Shown: positions 29,258-37,478 of the stretch, piece by piece
How the letters are laid out: each line of letters opens with the position of its first letter
Numbering within the stretch: position 1 is the stretch's first letter
NCBI GenBank assembly: GCA_017452445.1
Contig: JAFTMH010000002.1
Span: 129,697-193,696 of the forward strand
Direction of reading: 5' to 3'
DNA: 64,000 bases
Source: Clostridia bacterium
GTDB taxonomy: Bacteria; Bacillota; Clostridia; Christensenellales; UBA1242
Notes under the pieces: model-generated
Database searches by the model: none
What the model was told of the DNA's origin: nothing
Seen by the model: the letters and a program-made list of their open reading frames with translations, nothing else
Program-made: the position numbers and the translations under genes

Positions 29258-30654
29258 GCACGCTCTTGACAACTCTCACACCCCCAAAAGGAATGTGGGA
29301 ATCAATTTTGAGTGCTTTCAAGAACGGGACTGGATCTTATGTGTGGGCAGTTATTTTGATTGCCTTGATTGTAAGAGTTGTTTTTTCACTTGTTGACATT
29401 GTAAACAAGAAAATAACAATGAAAAACACTGCAATCCAAGAAAAGATGAAACCAGAACTTGAAGCTATTCAAAAGAAATATGGTCATGACAAAACTCTTA
29501 TGCAACAAAAACAAAACGAAGTTTACAGAAAATATCAATTCAACATGATGGGAAGCTGTTTTCCAATGTTGATTATGACAATTTTGCAACTTGTTGTGTT
29601 TATGACTTTGTGGACAGGTCTTCAAAGTGTTGCAAACTACAATATTGCAGAAAAATACGACAATATGAAGTCAGTTTACACAAGTGTAATAACTCTCAAC
29701 GAAGATGATGACTTCAAAAATTTTGTTGTTGACTATTATCAAGATGGAGACTCTATTTCTGCTGCACTTTCAACAAATGAAGAAGGTGTTAAAATTTTGA
29801 AAGTCGAAATTTCAAATCCAGATGACAATGCACCCGATGTAAGAGAATTTGCTCTTGCAAAGACAGAATTGTCAAACAAAGAAATTTATGAATTGCTTTT
29901 GAAATATGTCATTGTGCCTGAGACAGAAACAACCGATCCAACTGATCCAGATGCACCAGCAGAAGGAGAAACAATTGTTGGTTTGGAAGAAGAATCTGGC
30001 GAAGGTGATGGCGAACAACAAACACCACCTGCAACAGAACCAACAATCACTTATGTTGATACAGGAATCAACAATGTTGTAAAAATTTTGGCAGAAAGTA
30101 TTTCTTCACAATATTATCTTGACAATCAAGAAGGATTTTTGTGGATTGACAATGTTTACAAACCAGACGCTCCACAAACTTCACTTTTCACAGAAAGAGA
30201 AATCAAGAGATATATGTCAGGTTTCTACACTAAAGAAGAAAAAGCATTGGAAAAAGAACATGATTATGAAGGAAAAATATTCAATTATGTTGTAAATGAA
30301 GGTGTTGGAAAACAAAATTTGGGCAAAAACGGATATTACATTTTGACAATTATTGCTGCAGCAGCATCATTCTTGTCAATGTGGTTGTCAAACAAGTTGA
30401 TGAACAAAAATAAACCTGTTGACCCAACACAAAAGAAGTTTAAAATGACTTACTTCATTATGCCAGTTATTTTTGCAATCTTCACAATGAGTTACACAAG
30501 TTTGTTTGCGATTTACATCATCAGTGGACAACTTGTTATGATTGGATTGACTCCACTTACTACATGGCTTACTCAAAAATGGACTCAAGCATCTGAAAAG
30601 AAGAAAAAAGAAAAAGATGTGATCGTTGTTGATTACAGAAGAAAAGATAAATAA
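29245..30654 (+). CDS. yidC: YidC/Oxa1 family membrane insertase with an insertion of about 240 aa
   Basis: Core motifs YVWAVILIALIVRVV...MKPELEAIQKKYG...QQKQNEVYRKY. The C-terminal TM helices and basic tail are present. A long acidic, Pro/Thr-rich segment (about aa 140-380) lies between the TM regions. Confidence 0.88.
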   Translation: MDFVSTLLTTLTPPKGMWESILSAFKNGTGSYVWAVILIALIVRVVFSLVDIVNKKITMKNTAIQEKMKPELEAIQKKYGHDKTLMQQKQNEVYRKYQFNMMGSCFPMLIMTILQLVVFMTLWTGLQSVANYNIAEKYDNMKSVYTSVITLNEDDDFKNFVVDYYQDGDSISAALSTNEEGVKILKVEISNPDDNAPDVREFALAKTELSNKEIYELLLKYVIVPETETTDPTDPDAPAEGETIVGLEEESGEGDGEQQTPPATEPTITYVDTGINNVVKILAESISSQYYLDNQEGFLWIDNVYKPDAPQTSLFTEREIKRYMSGFYTKEEKALEKEHDYEGKIFNYVVNEGVGKQNLGKNGYYILTIIAAAASFLSMWLSNKLMNKNKPVDPTQKKFKMTYFIMPVIFAIFTMSYTSLFAIYIISGQLVMIGLTPLTTWLTQKWTQASEKKKKEKDVIVVDYRRKDK

Positions 30655-30688
30655 AAAGAAGAGTAGAAAAATCTACTCTTTTTTTTTG

Positions 30689-31717
30689 TTATGTTTGAGC
30701 AAGTTTACTCCATGTGTTGATGCCGACAATACCATCAACAGTCAAAGAATTTTGTTGTTGAAACTCTCTTACAGCATTTTGTGTTTTTTGCCCAAAAATT
30801 CCGTCTATTTTTCCAATCTGAATAAAATTACTCTCAAGCAGGTTTTGGAGAAAATAAACATAATTTCCGCGAGAATTTAATCTTAAAATAGGATAAGGTG
30901 GCAATGTAAGCAAGGATTGCCAAGTGTTTCGCCCAACAATGCCATCGACAGTCAAAGAATTTTGCTGTTGAAATTGTTTGACTGCGTCAGTTGTGCGACT
31001 TCCAAAAATTCCGTCAACAGTCAAATTGTAGCCAAGTTGATTTAATATAAATTGCAAAAGAAAAACAAAATTGTTTGAAGATCCTTGTCTTATTGTTGGA
31101 TAGTTTTGTAAATCATCTCGTGGTATAAATGGGACATTTAAATAATCACAAACTCCGGCGCAACATTCTTCTCCCACTTCAGTTTGAAAAAGTGGATTTA
31201 TCATCAAACCTGCCTCTCTGCGATTGGTCATAAACCCTGCTTCGACAAGAGAAGAAGGACAATTTACACTTGACAACACACCTACATCCAAAGTTTTTAC
31301 ACCTCTGCCTGTTTGTGCAGTGCCCTGCAAAAGTTTTTCATATAAGTTTTCTGCCAAAAAACGACTCTCTGTCGCCCGTCTGTTGTTTGGGGAATAAAAC
31401 ACTTCAACCCCTGACGCATTGTTGAAATTTTCGGTAAAAGCATTGTAAGCAAATGTGACAAGAAGTGTAAGGTTTTGTCTGTTGATTCTTCTTACCCTTT
31501 CGTTGATTGAAATGTCAGATAATTCGGGTTTGACATCATAAACAGAAAAACTGTTTCTAAGGCAAGCTTCGATAAATTTGTTTTTTGCTGCCCTGTTGAA
31601 AATGTTTTCATATATTTGTCGGTTGAGTTCGGTTATGTAAGGGGTTCGTTTGCCCGGCGTTGGTGGATTTTGTCCATGTTCGTCATTTGCCCCTATCAAA
31701 AAAACATCGTTTGCCAT
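30689..31717 (-). CDS. N-acetylmuramoyl-L-alanine amidase (Amidase_3-like) with two C-terminal PG_binding_1 repeats
   Basis: Amidase_3-like blocks (GANDEHG, GVEVFYSP, SSLVEAGFMTNRREA). The motif LTVDGI(F/V)G..T..A(V/K).FQQQNSLTVDGIVG..TW occurs twice. ATG at 31717 with AAAGGAG RBS. Confidence 0.75.
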   Translation of the reverse strand: MANDVFLIGANDEHGQNPPTPGKRTPYITELNRQIYENIFNRAAKNKFIEACLRNSFSVYDVKPELSDISINERVRRINRQNLTLLVTFAYNAFTENFNNASGVEVFYSPNNRRATESRFLAENLYEKLLQGTAQTGRGVKTLDVGVLSSVNCPSSLVEAGFMTNRREAGLMINPLFQTEVGEECCAGVCDYLNVPFIPRDDLQNYPTIRQGSSNNFVFLLQFILNQLGYNLTVDGIFGSRTTDAVKQFQQQNSLTVDGIVGRNTWQSLLTLPPYPILRLNSRGNYVYFLQNLLESNFIQIGKIDGIFGQKTQNAVREFQQQNSLTVDGIVGINTWSKLAQT

Positions 31718-32095
31718 TTTTTCTCCTTTAACACAATAACTTTTTATGTTTTGAAAAACAAAAGTGTTAAAATTAAAAAAATCTACAAACAAACAATTTA
31801 AATTTTAATTCGACAAAAACGAACAACAAACATCTTTTTATTTTTAGGTTAACAAAGTTTTTGTGTGCTATAATATCAAAGTCGTTTCCTTCAAAAACAG
31901 TCCCTTGTGACACTTTGAAAGAACAGAAAATTTAATATGGTTTTGTGTTGGGCATCAAGGGCAATGTCAAGAGAGACATTGATTTAGTTTGGGAAAGATA
32001 TTTTTATCTTAATACTTTTTTGTTTTGCTGAAGTTTAAGCAGCAAGTTCCTTTTTTGTCCCAAAACTAAGACTGTATTTTAAAAGGAGAACAAAA

Positions 32096-32479
32096 ATGAG
32101 TGATTCGGATTTGTCTAATATGAGAAGTGTTGTAAAACTTGCACTTATAAAAATTGGGATAAGATGTGATTTGGTCGGATTTAATTATTTATGTTATGCA
32201 ATCGAACTTGTCGTCATCAACCCAAGACTTATACACAAGTTGTGCAAGGGACTTTATTTGGAAGTAGGAAAGAAGTTTAAAACAGACAACGAAATCTGCA
32301 TTGAGCGCAGCATAAGACATGCGATTGAAAACACTTACATAAATAAAGGTTTTATCGAACTTAATCGTATGTTTAATGCTCAACTTTATACAATAAATGA
32401 CAAACCCACGGCTGGAGAACTTATCAGACTTGTTGCAGAGTATTACAATTTGGGTTTGTATAGATTGAACAAGTATTAA
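32096..32479 (+). CDS. Stand-alone Spo0A C-terminal-like DNA-binding protein with no receiver domain
   Basis: Aligns by eye to the B. subtilis Spo0A effector domain: ERSIRHAIENTY versus ERAIRHAIEVAW, and DKPTAGELIRLVAEYY versus AKPTNSEFIAMVADKL. Confidence 0.75.
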   Translation: MSDSDLSNMRSVVKLALIKIGIRCDLVGFNYLCYAIELVVINPRLIHKLCKGLYLEVGKKFKTDNEICIERSIRHAIENTYINKGFIELNRMFNAQLYTINDKPTAGELIRLVAEYYNLGLYRLNKY

Positions 32480-32548
32480 AGTAGAAAAAGTGTTTATTGA
32501 AATTTGCTTTTTGGTGTGGTATAATGTCCTTGCAAAAAGGAGTTTGAA

Positions 32549-32986
32549 ATGAAACCATCAGAAATTTTGTTGAATCCAAAAATATCAAACAGAAACAAGT
32601 TTGGCACATATCTTAAAAGCAGAAGGACAGCGCTTGGTTTGACAGCAAGAGAGATTGCAGAAAAATTGAACCTTTCGTCAGTATATATTTGTGACATTGA
32701 AAAGGGAAACAGACATGCCCCATTGGGTCATTTGGATCAAGTGGCAGAAATTTTGCAAGTTGAAGAAAGTGAAAGAGATTTTTTCTTTGATATTGCAGGT
32801 TGTTCGCACTCAAATTGGCCAGATATAAACGAATATTTAGAGAAAAATCCAAACGCCAGAAAAGCAATCAGATTGGCAAGAGATAAAAATATGTCAGGTG
32901 AAGAATTTTTGAAAATAGTTGAAGATTATGCTCAAACTTTGCAACAAAAACCTTCAACAACACAACCAAAAGAAAAAACAAAATAA
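32549..32986 (+). CDS. XRE-family helix-turn-helix transcriptional regulator
   Basis: HTH_3 pattern LKSRRTALGLTAREIAEKLNLSSVYICDIEKGNR. A TGGTATAAT promoter and AAAGGAG RBS lie upstream. Confidence 0.8.
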   Translation: MKPSEILLNPKISNRNKFGTYLKSRRTALGLTAREIAEKLNLSSVYICDIEKGNRHAPLGHLDQVAEILQVEESERDFFFDIAGCSHSNWPDINEYLEKNPNARKAIRLARDKNMSGEEFLKIVEDYAQTLQQKPSTTQPKEKTK

Positions 32987-33022
32987 AAAAAGAGGAAAAA
33001 ACCTCTTTTCTTTTTTTTTTTA

Positions 33023-33859
33023 TTATAATGGATTTTCACATACATTCATGATTGTGTCAAATGATTTTTTGTCGTGCAAGGTAGGGTCGGAAATGCGTTC
33101 GTGTGATTTGATGTATTTTGTCCATTTGATGTAGCCATAAGTGGTGTTTGTAAGATATCCAAATTTAAGTACAAGCAAAATCCATTGTCCAGCCATAATG
33201 TTGAGAACGATTTCGATAAATGTGACCAAATACCAAGCAATCCATTGCTCCCTGTATCTCAAAAGAATAAACACACCATTTGCAATGCCGATTGCGCTTG
33301 CACATGCATCAAGATAAGCGCCTGCATCTTTGATTGCTTCGTTGTAAGAAAGAATTCCTTCTGCATCAATCATTGAGATAAGATAACCAACAACAACAGT
33401 CCAAACTGCAATTGATGCAATCAAAATCAAATCTTGCCACCAATTGAGTTTTTTAACTTTTGTCAAAGATTCTTCCTTTCTGTCTTTGTGTTTTTGCCAG
33501 AAGAAGAAACTTGCAATGTCGATAGGGATCCAGAAGAACAAAGTTACTGCACAAGTTGCCCAGCGATAAGCACAAACAATGCAAAGGGCAATTTCTGTAA
33601 ATTCAACCAAAAGCGAAACCATAAAGTTCCATTTGCTTTGTTTTGAAATCAACAGTTCGCATGCGACATTTGAAATAATGTCAATTATGTAAAGCATCAT
33701 GACAAGTTTTGGATTGATTGCAAGTTCTTCCGAATCTTCAGGGAAGAGAATTGTAAACAAAATTGTCAAAATAAGAATGCTTGAAAACCAAATTTTTTCG
33801 TATAATGTGAAATAATTCCACAATCTAACCAACCAATTTTTCTTTTTTGTATTTTCCAT
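33023..33859 (-). CDS. pnuC: PnuC-like nicotinamide riboside transporter
   Basis: Seven or eight TM helices with Trp-rich PnuC-type patterns (WNF, FFWQK, LLRYREQWIAWYLV, YGYIKW). ATG at 33859 with AGGAGA RBS. Confidence 0.6.
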   Translation of the reverse strand: MENTKKKNWLVRLWNYFTLYEKIWFSSILILTILFTILFPEDSEELAINPKLVMMLYIIDIISNVACELLISKQSKWNFMVSLLVEFTEIALCIVCAYRWATCAVTLFFWIPIDIASFFFWQKHKDRKEESLTKVKKLNWWQDLILIASIAVWTVVVGYLISMIDAEGILSYNEAIKDAGAYLDACASAIGIANGVFILLRYREQWIAWYLVTFIEIVLNIMAGQWILLVLKFGYLTNTTYGYIKWTKYIKSHERISDPTLHDKKSFDTIMNVCENPL

Positions 33860-33984
33860 GATAAAAATTCTCCTAAAAACAGCATTATTATATATTTTGC
33901 AAACGCCTTTTGTCAAATCGACAACTTACTTTACAAATCAAAAAAAATAATGTAAAATCTAAGGGTAACAAAAGGAAGAAAGAT

Positions 33985-35238
33985 ATGTATTTTGATATTG
34001 AAAAATCGTTGCTTGAAAAAGCAGCAGAAGCAGAAAACGAATGTGTAGAAATGTTTAAAAAGTATGATGAATTGTGTTTGCGCAACTCAGCAAAAATCTT
34101 GAAAGCTTTTCAAGATAAACAGCTTTCAAGCACAGATTTTATTGAAGTGAATGGTTATGGTGCATATGACGCAGGAAGAGATAAACTCGAAGCAATTTAT
34201 GCGCAAATTTTTGGTGCAGAAGATGCTTTGGTTAGACCTCAAATTATGTCAGGAACACATGCTTTGTCATTGACATTTTTTGGGCTTTTGAAACATGGAG
34301 ACACTATGATTTCAATCACAGGAAAACCATACGACTCTTTGCAAACAATCATTGGTATTGAGGGTGACAGCAGAAATTCGCTCATCAAACACGGGATTAA
34401 ATACGAACAAATTGATTTGATTGACTACGCAGATTTTGACATTGAAAAAATTGTTGCAAGACTCAAACAAAGCAAAGTTAGATTGATTGAAATTCAAAGA
34501 TCAAGGGGTTATGCTCACAGACAAAGTTTGTCAATTGAAAAAATCGAAAGAGTTTGCAAAGCAATCAGAGAAGTTGACAAAGATGTCATCATCATGGTTG
34601 ACAACTGCTATGGAGATTTGGTTGAAGATAGAGAGCCAACTCATGTTGGTGCAGATGTTGTTGTCGGCTCTTTGATGAAAAATCTTGGTGGTGGAATCTG
34701 CAAGAGTGGTGGTTATATGGTTGGCACAAAAGAGTGCATCAGCGACATTGCAGAAAGATTTTCAGCACCAGGGACAGGCAAAGAATTGGGCGCAAATTTC
34801 AATGAAAATCTCAATTATTTCAAAGGTCTTTATTTTGCACCACATGCAGTGTGCTCAAGTTTGAAAACTATGACTTTTGCAAGCAGACTTTTGCAAAAAC
34901 TTGGTTTTGATGTTGATCCATTGTTTGACGAACATCGTACAGACATCATTCAAACAATCAATCTTGGAAACGAAGAAAATATGATCAATTTCCATATTGG
35001 GATTCAAAAAGGTTCGCCTGTCGACAGTTATGTAACACCAGTGCCAGGACCAATGGCTGGATATCCACATGACGAAATTATGGCATCAGGCACTTTCACT
35101 CAAGGATCTACAATCGAACTTTCTTGTGATGGTCCAATGGTAGAACCTTACACAGCATATATGCAAGGTGGTTTGACTTATGAATATGGCAAACTTGGAA
35201 TTTTGATTGGATTGAATGAAATTTTGAAAAATAAATAA
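33985..35238 (+). CDS. YnbB / aluminium-resistance family PLP-dependent lyase-like protein
   Basis: Met_gamma_lyase (PF06838)-like sequence: GYGAYDAGRDKLEAIYAQIFGAEDALVRPQIMSGTHAL...IEIQRSRGY. ATG at 33985 with AAAGGAAG RBS. Confidence 0.75.
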   Translation: MYFDIEKSLLEKAAEAENECVEMFKKYDELCLRNSAKILKAFQDKQLSSTDFIEVNGYGAYDAGRDKLEAIYAQIFGAEDALVRPQIMSGTHALSLTFFGLLKHGDTMISITGKPYDSLQTIIGIEGDSRNSLIKHGIKYEQIDLIDYADFDIEKIVARLKQSKVRLIEIQRSRGYAHRQSLSIEKIERVCKAIREVDKDVIIMVDNCYGDLVEDREPTHVGADVVVGSLMKNLGGGICKSGGYMVGTKECISDIAERFSAPGTGKELGANFNENLNYFKGLYFAPHAVCSSLKTMTFASRLLQKLGFDVDPLFDEHRTDIIQTINLGNEENMINFHIGIQKGSPVDSYVTPVPGPMAGYPHDEIMASGTFTQGSTIELSCDGPMVEPYTAYMQGGLTYEYGKLGILIGLNEILKNK

Positions 35239-35403
35239 AAATAGATAATTAATTTAAAAATTATTTTAATTATTAAAAATTTAAAAAAAATAATAAAAAA
35301 TATATCAAAAATAATAAAAAATTAAAAAAATGCCGATTTTTTGGCATTTTTTTATTATTTTTTTTATTAAATTTAATTTTTATTTGTTTAAATTTATTTT
35401 AAT

Positions 35404-36714
35404 TTATATTTTTGATAAAGCATAATTTGAATAATTTTTGTCATTTGTAACTTCTTTTACAATTTCAATTTGAGGTGGAAATGAAATTTCTTGATCTTCA
35501 GTTTGAAGTTCGATTTCCATAATTGCTTGATCTTTCCAGAAAGGGTAAATGTCAATTTCAAAGTATTGATTTTTATATACCAAGCAATATCTTGTTTTTC
35601 TTATTTGTTTGCAAGAAGTATCGGCGCTCATAAGAAGGTTGAGATATTCGTCTTGCGAGATGCGTTCTTCATATTCAATTCTTTTTACAGGTGAAAGTTG
35701 TTTTTTTGTTGTTTTTGTGTATAGATAACTTCCATTTTGTCCTCTTTGGCGAACTCTCATTTCGACACCATCTTCTGATTTGAGATAAGTTTGAATAATT
35801 TCTACCTTTGTGCAATTTGCATCATTTTCCAAAGATTTGATTGAAGGATATTTGATAAGATATTTTCTTTCAATTTCATAAGGTTCTGGTTCGCCCAAAA
35901 AGAGAGAAATTTCACTTAAAAGTCGTTGCATTTTTGTTTTGAAGTCAGTTGAATTGTCGATTATGCGCAAATGAGGGTGGCCTGTCCAAGAAGAAATGAT
36001 AGAGTTGTCTTTTTCGATAGCCTCTTCGACTGTTTCGGTGCGTGCTTTGTTGTTTGAAAGTGTGTAAAAATCTTCTGCACCTTTTGCAGCAGTAACCAAA
36101 TGAAAAACTGCATCATAATCATCTCTCAAACTGTCTTCTTTGAGATTTAGTTGTTTTAATGTTTTGTAAAATTCGCTTTCAGACTCAAAATAACTTTTTC
36201 CGTCCATTGTGCCCCTGTCACAAACAATCAAAACTTTTTCAGCATCGGCAATCCAATGCGCTGCTTCTTCAAAAAGTTTTTCTTTGTGCTTTTGATGTTT
36301 GAGCACACAAAGTTGAAATTTTGTGGTGTGTTGCATAGTCCATGGAGCAATGCCTGCCAAAATAAGTTCGGTCGCAGTTTCTGGGACAAACAACACAGCC
36401 CAACCTTTTTTTGTAAATTCGTTTTGAATCCATGTCATTGCTGTTGACTTGCCTGCACATGGTCCGCCTGTGATAACAATCTTTTGAATTTGCTTTTTCT
36501 TGTTTTCTGTTTGTTTTGAAACAAGTTGTTGCAAATCTACACCAAAAAGATCTGCAAGTTTGACAAGTTGTGCCAATGCTGGTTTTGCATCGCCGTTTTC
36601 CCACTTTGAAATTGCTTTGTTTGTTATACCAAGTTGCTTTGCAAGTGCTTCTTGCGAAAGACCGACTTCTTTTCTTAAAGAATAAAGATAATTGCCATAT
36701 TCAAAATCTTTCAT
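35404..36714 (-). CDS. Three-domain fusion: XRE HTH, a P-loop NTPase (NadR ribosylnicotinamide-kinase/AAA_28-like) and a C-terminal CYTH domain
   Basis: HTH: LRKEVGLSQEALAKQLGITNKAISKWENG. Walker A: ITGGPCAGKST. CYTH start: YEIERKYLI (ExExK). The C-terminal beta-rich region includes FEIDIY...MEIE. Confidence 0.7.
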   Translation of the reverse strand: MKDFEYGNYLYSLRKEVGLSQEALAKQLGITNKAISKWENGDAKPALAQLVKLADLFGVDLQQLVSKQTENKKKQIQKIVITGGPCAGKSTAMTWIQNEFTKKGWAVLFVPETATELILAGIAPWTMQHTTKFQLCVLKHQKHKEKLFEEAAHWIADAEKVLIVCDRGTMDGKSYFESESEFYKTLKQLNLKEDSLRDDYDAVFHLVTAAKGAEDFYTLSNNKARTETVEEAIEKDNSIISSWTGHPHLRIIDNSTDFKTKMQRLLSEISLFLGEPEPYEIERKYLIKYPSIKSLENDANCTKVEIIQTYLKSEDGVEMRVRQRGQNGSYLYTKTTKKQLSPVKRIEYEERISQDEYLNLLMSADTSCKQIRKTRYCLVYKNQYFEIDIYPFWKDQAIMEIELQTEDQEISFPPQIEIVKEVTNDKNYSNYALSKI

Positions 36715-36829
36715 TTTCTGCTCCTTTTCGATTTTATTATAGCAAACATAAAATTAAATTTCAAACATTCGATATCGAATGATGGTAGAACTCTACAAAA
36801 AAAAGAAAAGATGCTTTTGCATCTTTTTC

Positions 36830-37465
36830 TTATTCTTCGTCTTCAGCTTCTTCAAATTCGCCGAGTTTGTATTCTCTTTTGATTTTGATGTCATATTGTC
36901 TTACATGCACTTTGGCGTTCATAAGTCGATATGCCTTCAACTGTTCTCGTTTTAAATCGGAATGGTCTTCGATAATGATTTCGATCCCGTCCCACAAGAA
37001 GAGCCAGCCCACAACATCGAGCAATGACCACAATGGACTGAGATCAAGCAAGCAGAAAACTGCTTCGAGTGTCAAGATGATAACTCCAAGAAAAACAAAC
37101 AACAAACCTTGAATAAGATTTTTTCTAAGTTGTCTGTCAGCAGCAACGGCTTGTTCGGCATAATGTCTTTTGATTGTTTGACGAATTCTTGTTTTTTCAA
37201 CATTTGTCGTTGGGTTTTCGGTGTAAAAGTCAATACACACATCATCTTCAAATGGGATTGAACCTTCGCAAATGTCGATATATTCGCTTACTTCTGTGTT
37301 GAGAAGTTCGTAAGTTTTGTAGGCAAATGGCGAATAAATATCGTCTGCATTTTGAATGCCTACATTGATGATTGCTCGGCCTTCTTTGTCGTAATATTGC
37401 TCTTCGGCATCTCGCCAAGCAACGCTTTTTTTAAGTTTTTTGATTTGTCTGCGTCTTCTAAGCAT
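36830..37465 (-). CDS. Hypothetical membrane protein (two C-terminal TM helices, acidic tail)
   Basis: ATG at 37465 with AGGAGG RBS, 14 nt after the upstream gene's stop. The track's longer start at 37639 overlaps that gene. Confidence 0.55.
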   Translation of the reverse strand: MLRRRRQIKKLKKSVAWRDAEEQYYDKEGRAIINVGIQNADDIYSPFAYKTYELLNTEVSEYIDICEGSIPFEDDVCIDFYTENPTTNVEKTRIRQTIKRHYAEQAVAADRQLRKNLIQGLLFVFLGVIILTLEAVFCLLDLSPLWSLLDVVGWLFLWDGIEIIIEDHSDLKREQLKAYRLMNAKVHVRQYDIKIKREYKLGEFEEAEDEE

Positions 37466-37478
37466 TTTTGCCTCCTGT

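Noticed and set aside
31793-32095. Considered the long leader upstream of the Spo0A_C-like gene as a possible riboswitch.
   Set aside because: I recognise no known riboswitch core sequence. It is reported only as a long leader within the related finding.
35239-35403. Extremely AT-rich, repetitive-looking spacer, considered as a possible repeat array or mobile-element end.
   Set aside because: There are no regular repeat-spacer units and no inverted terminal repeats. It contains one bidirectional terminator (AATGCC...GGCATT) between convergent genes.
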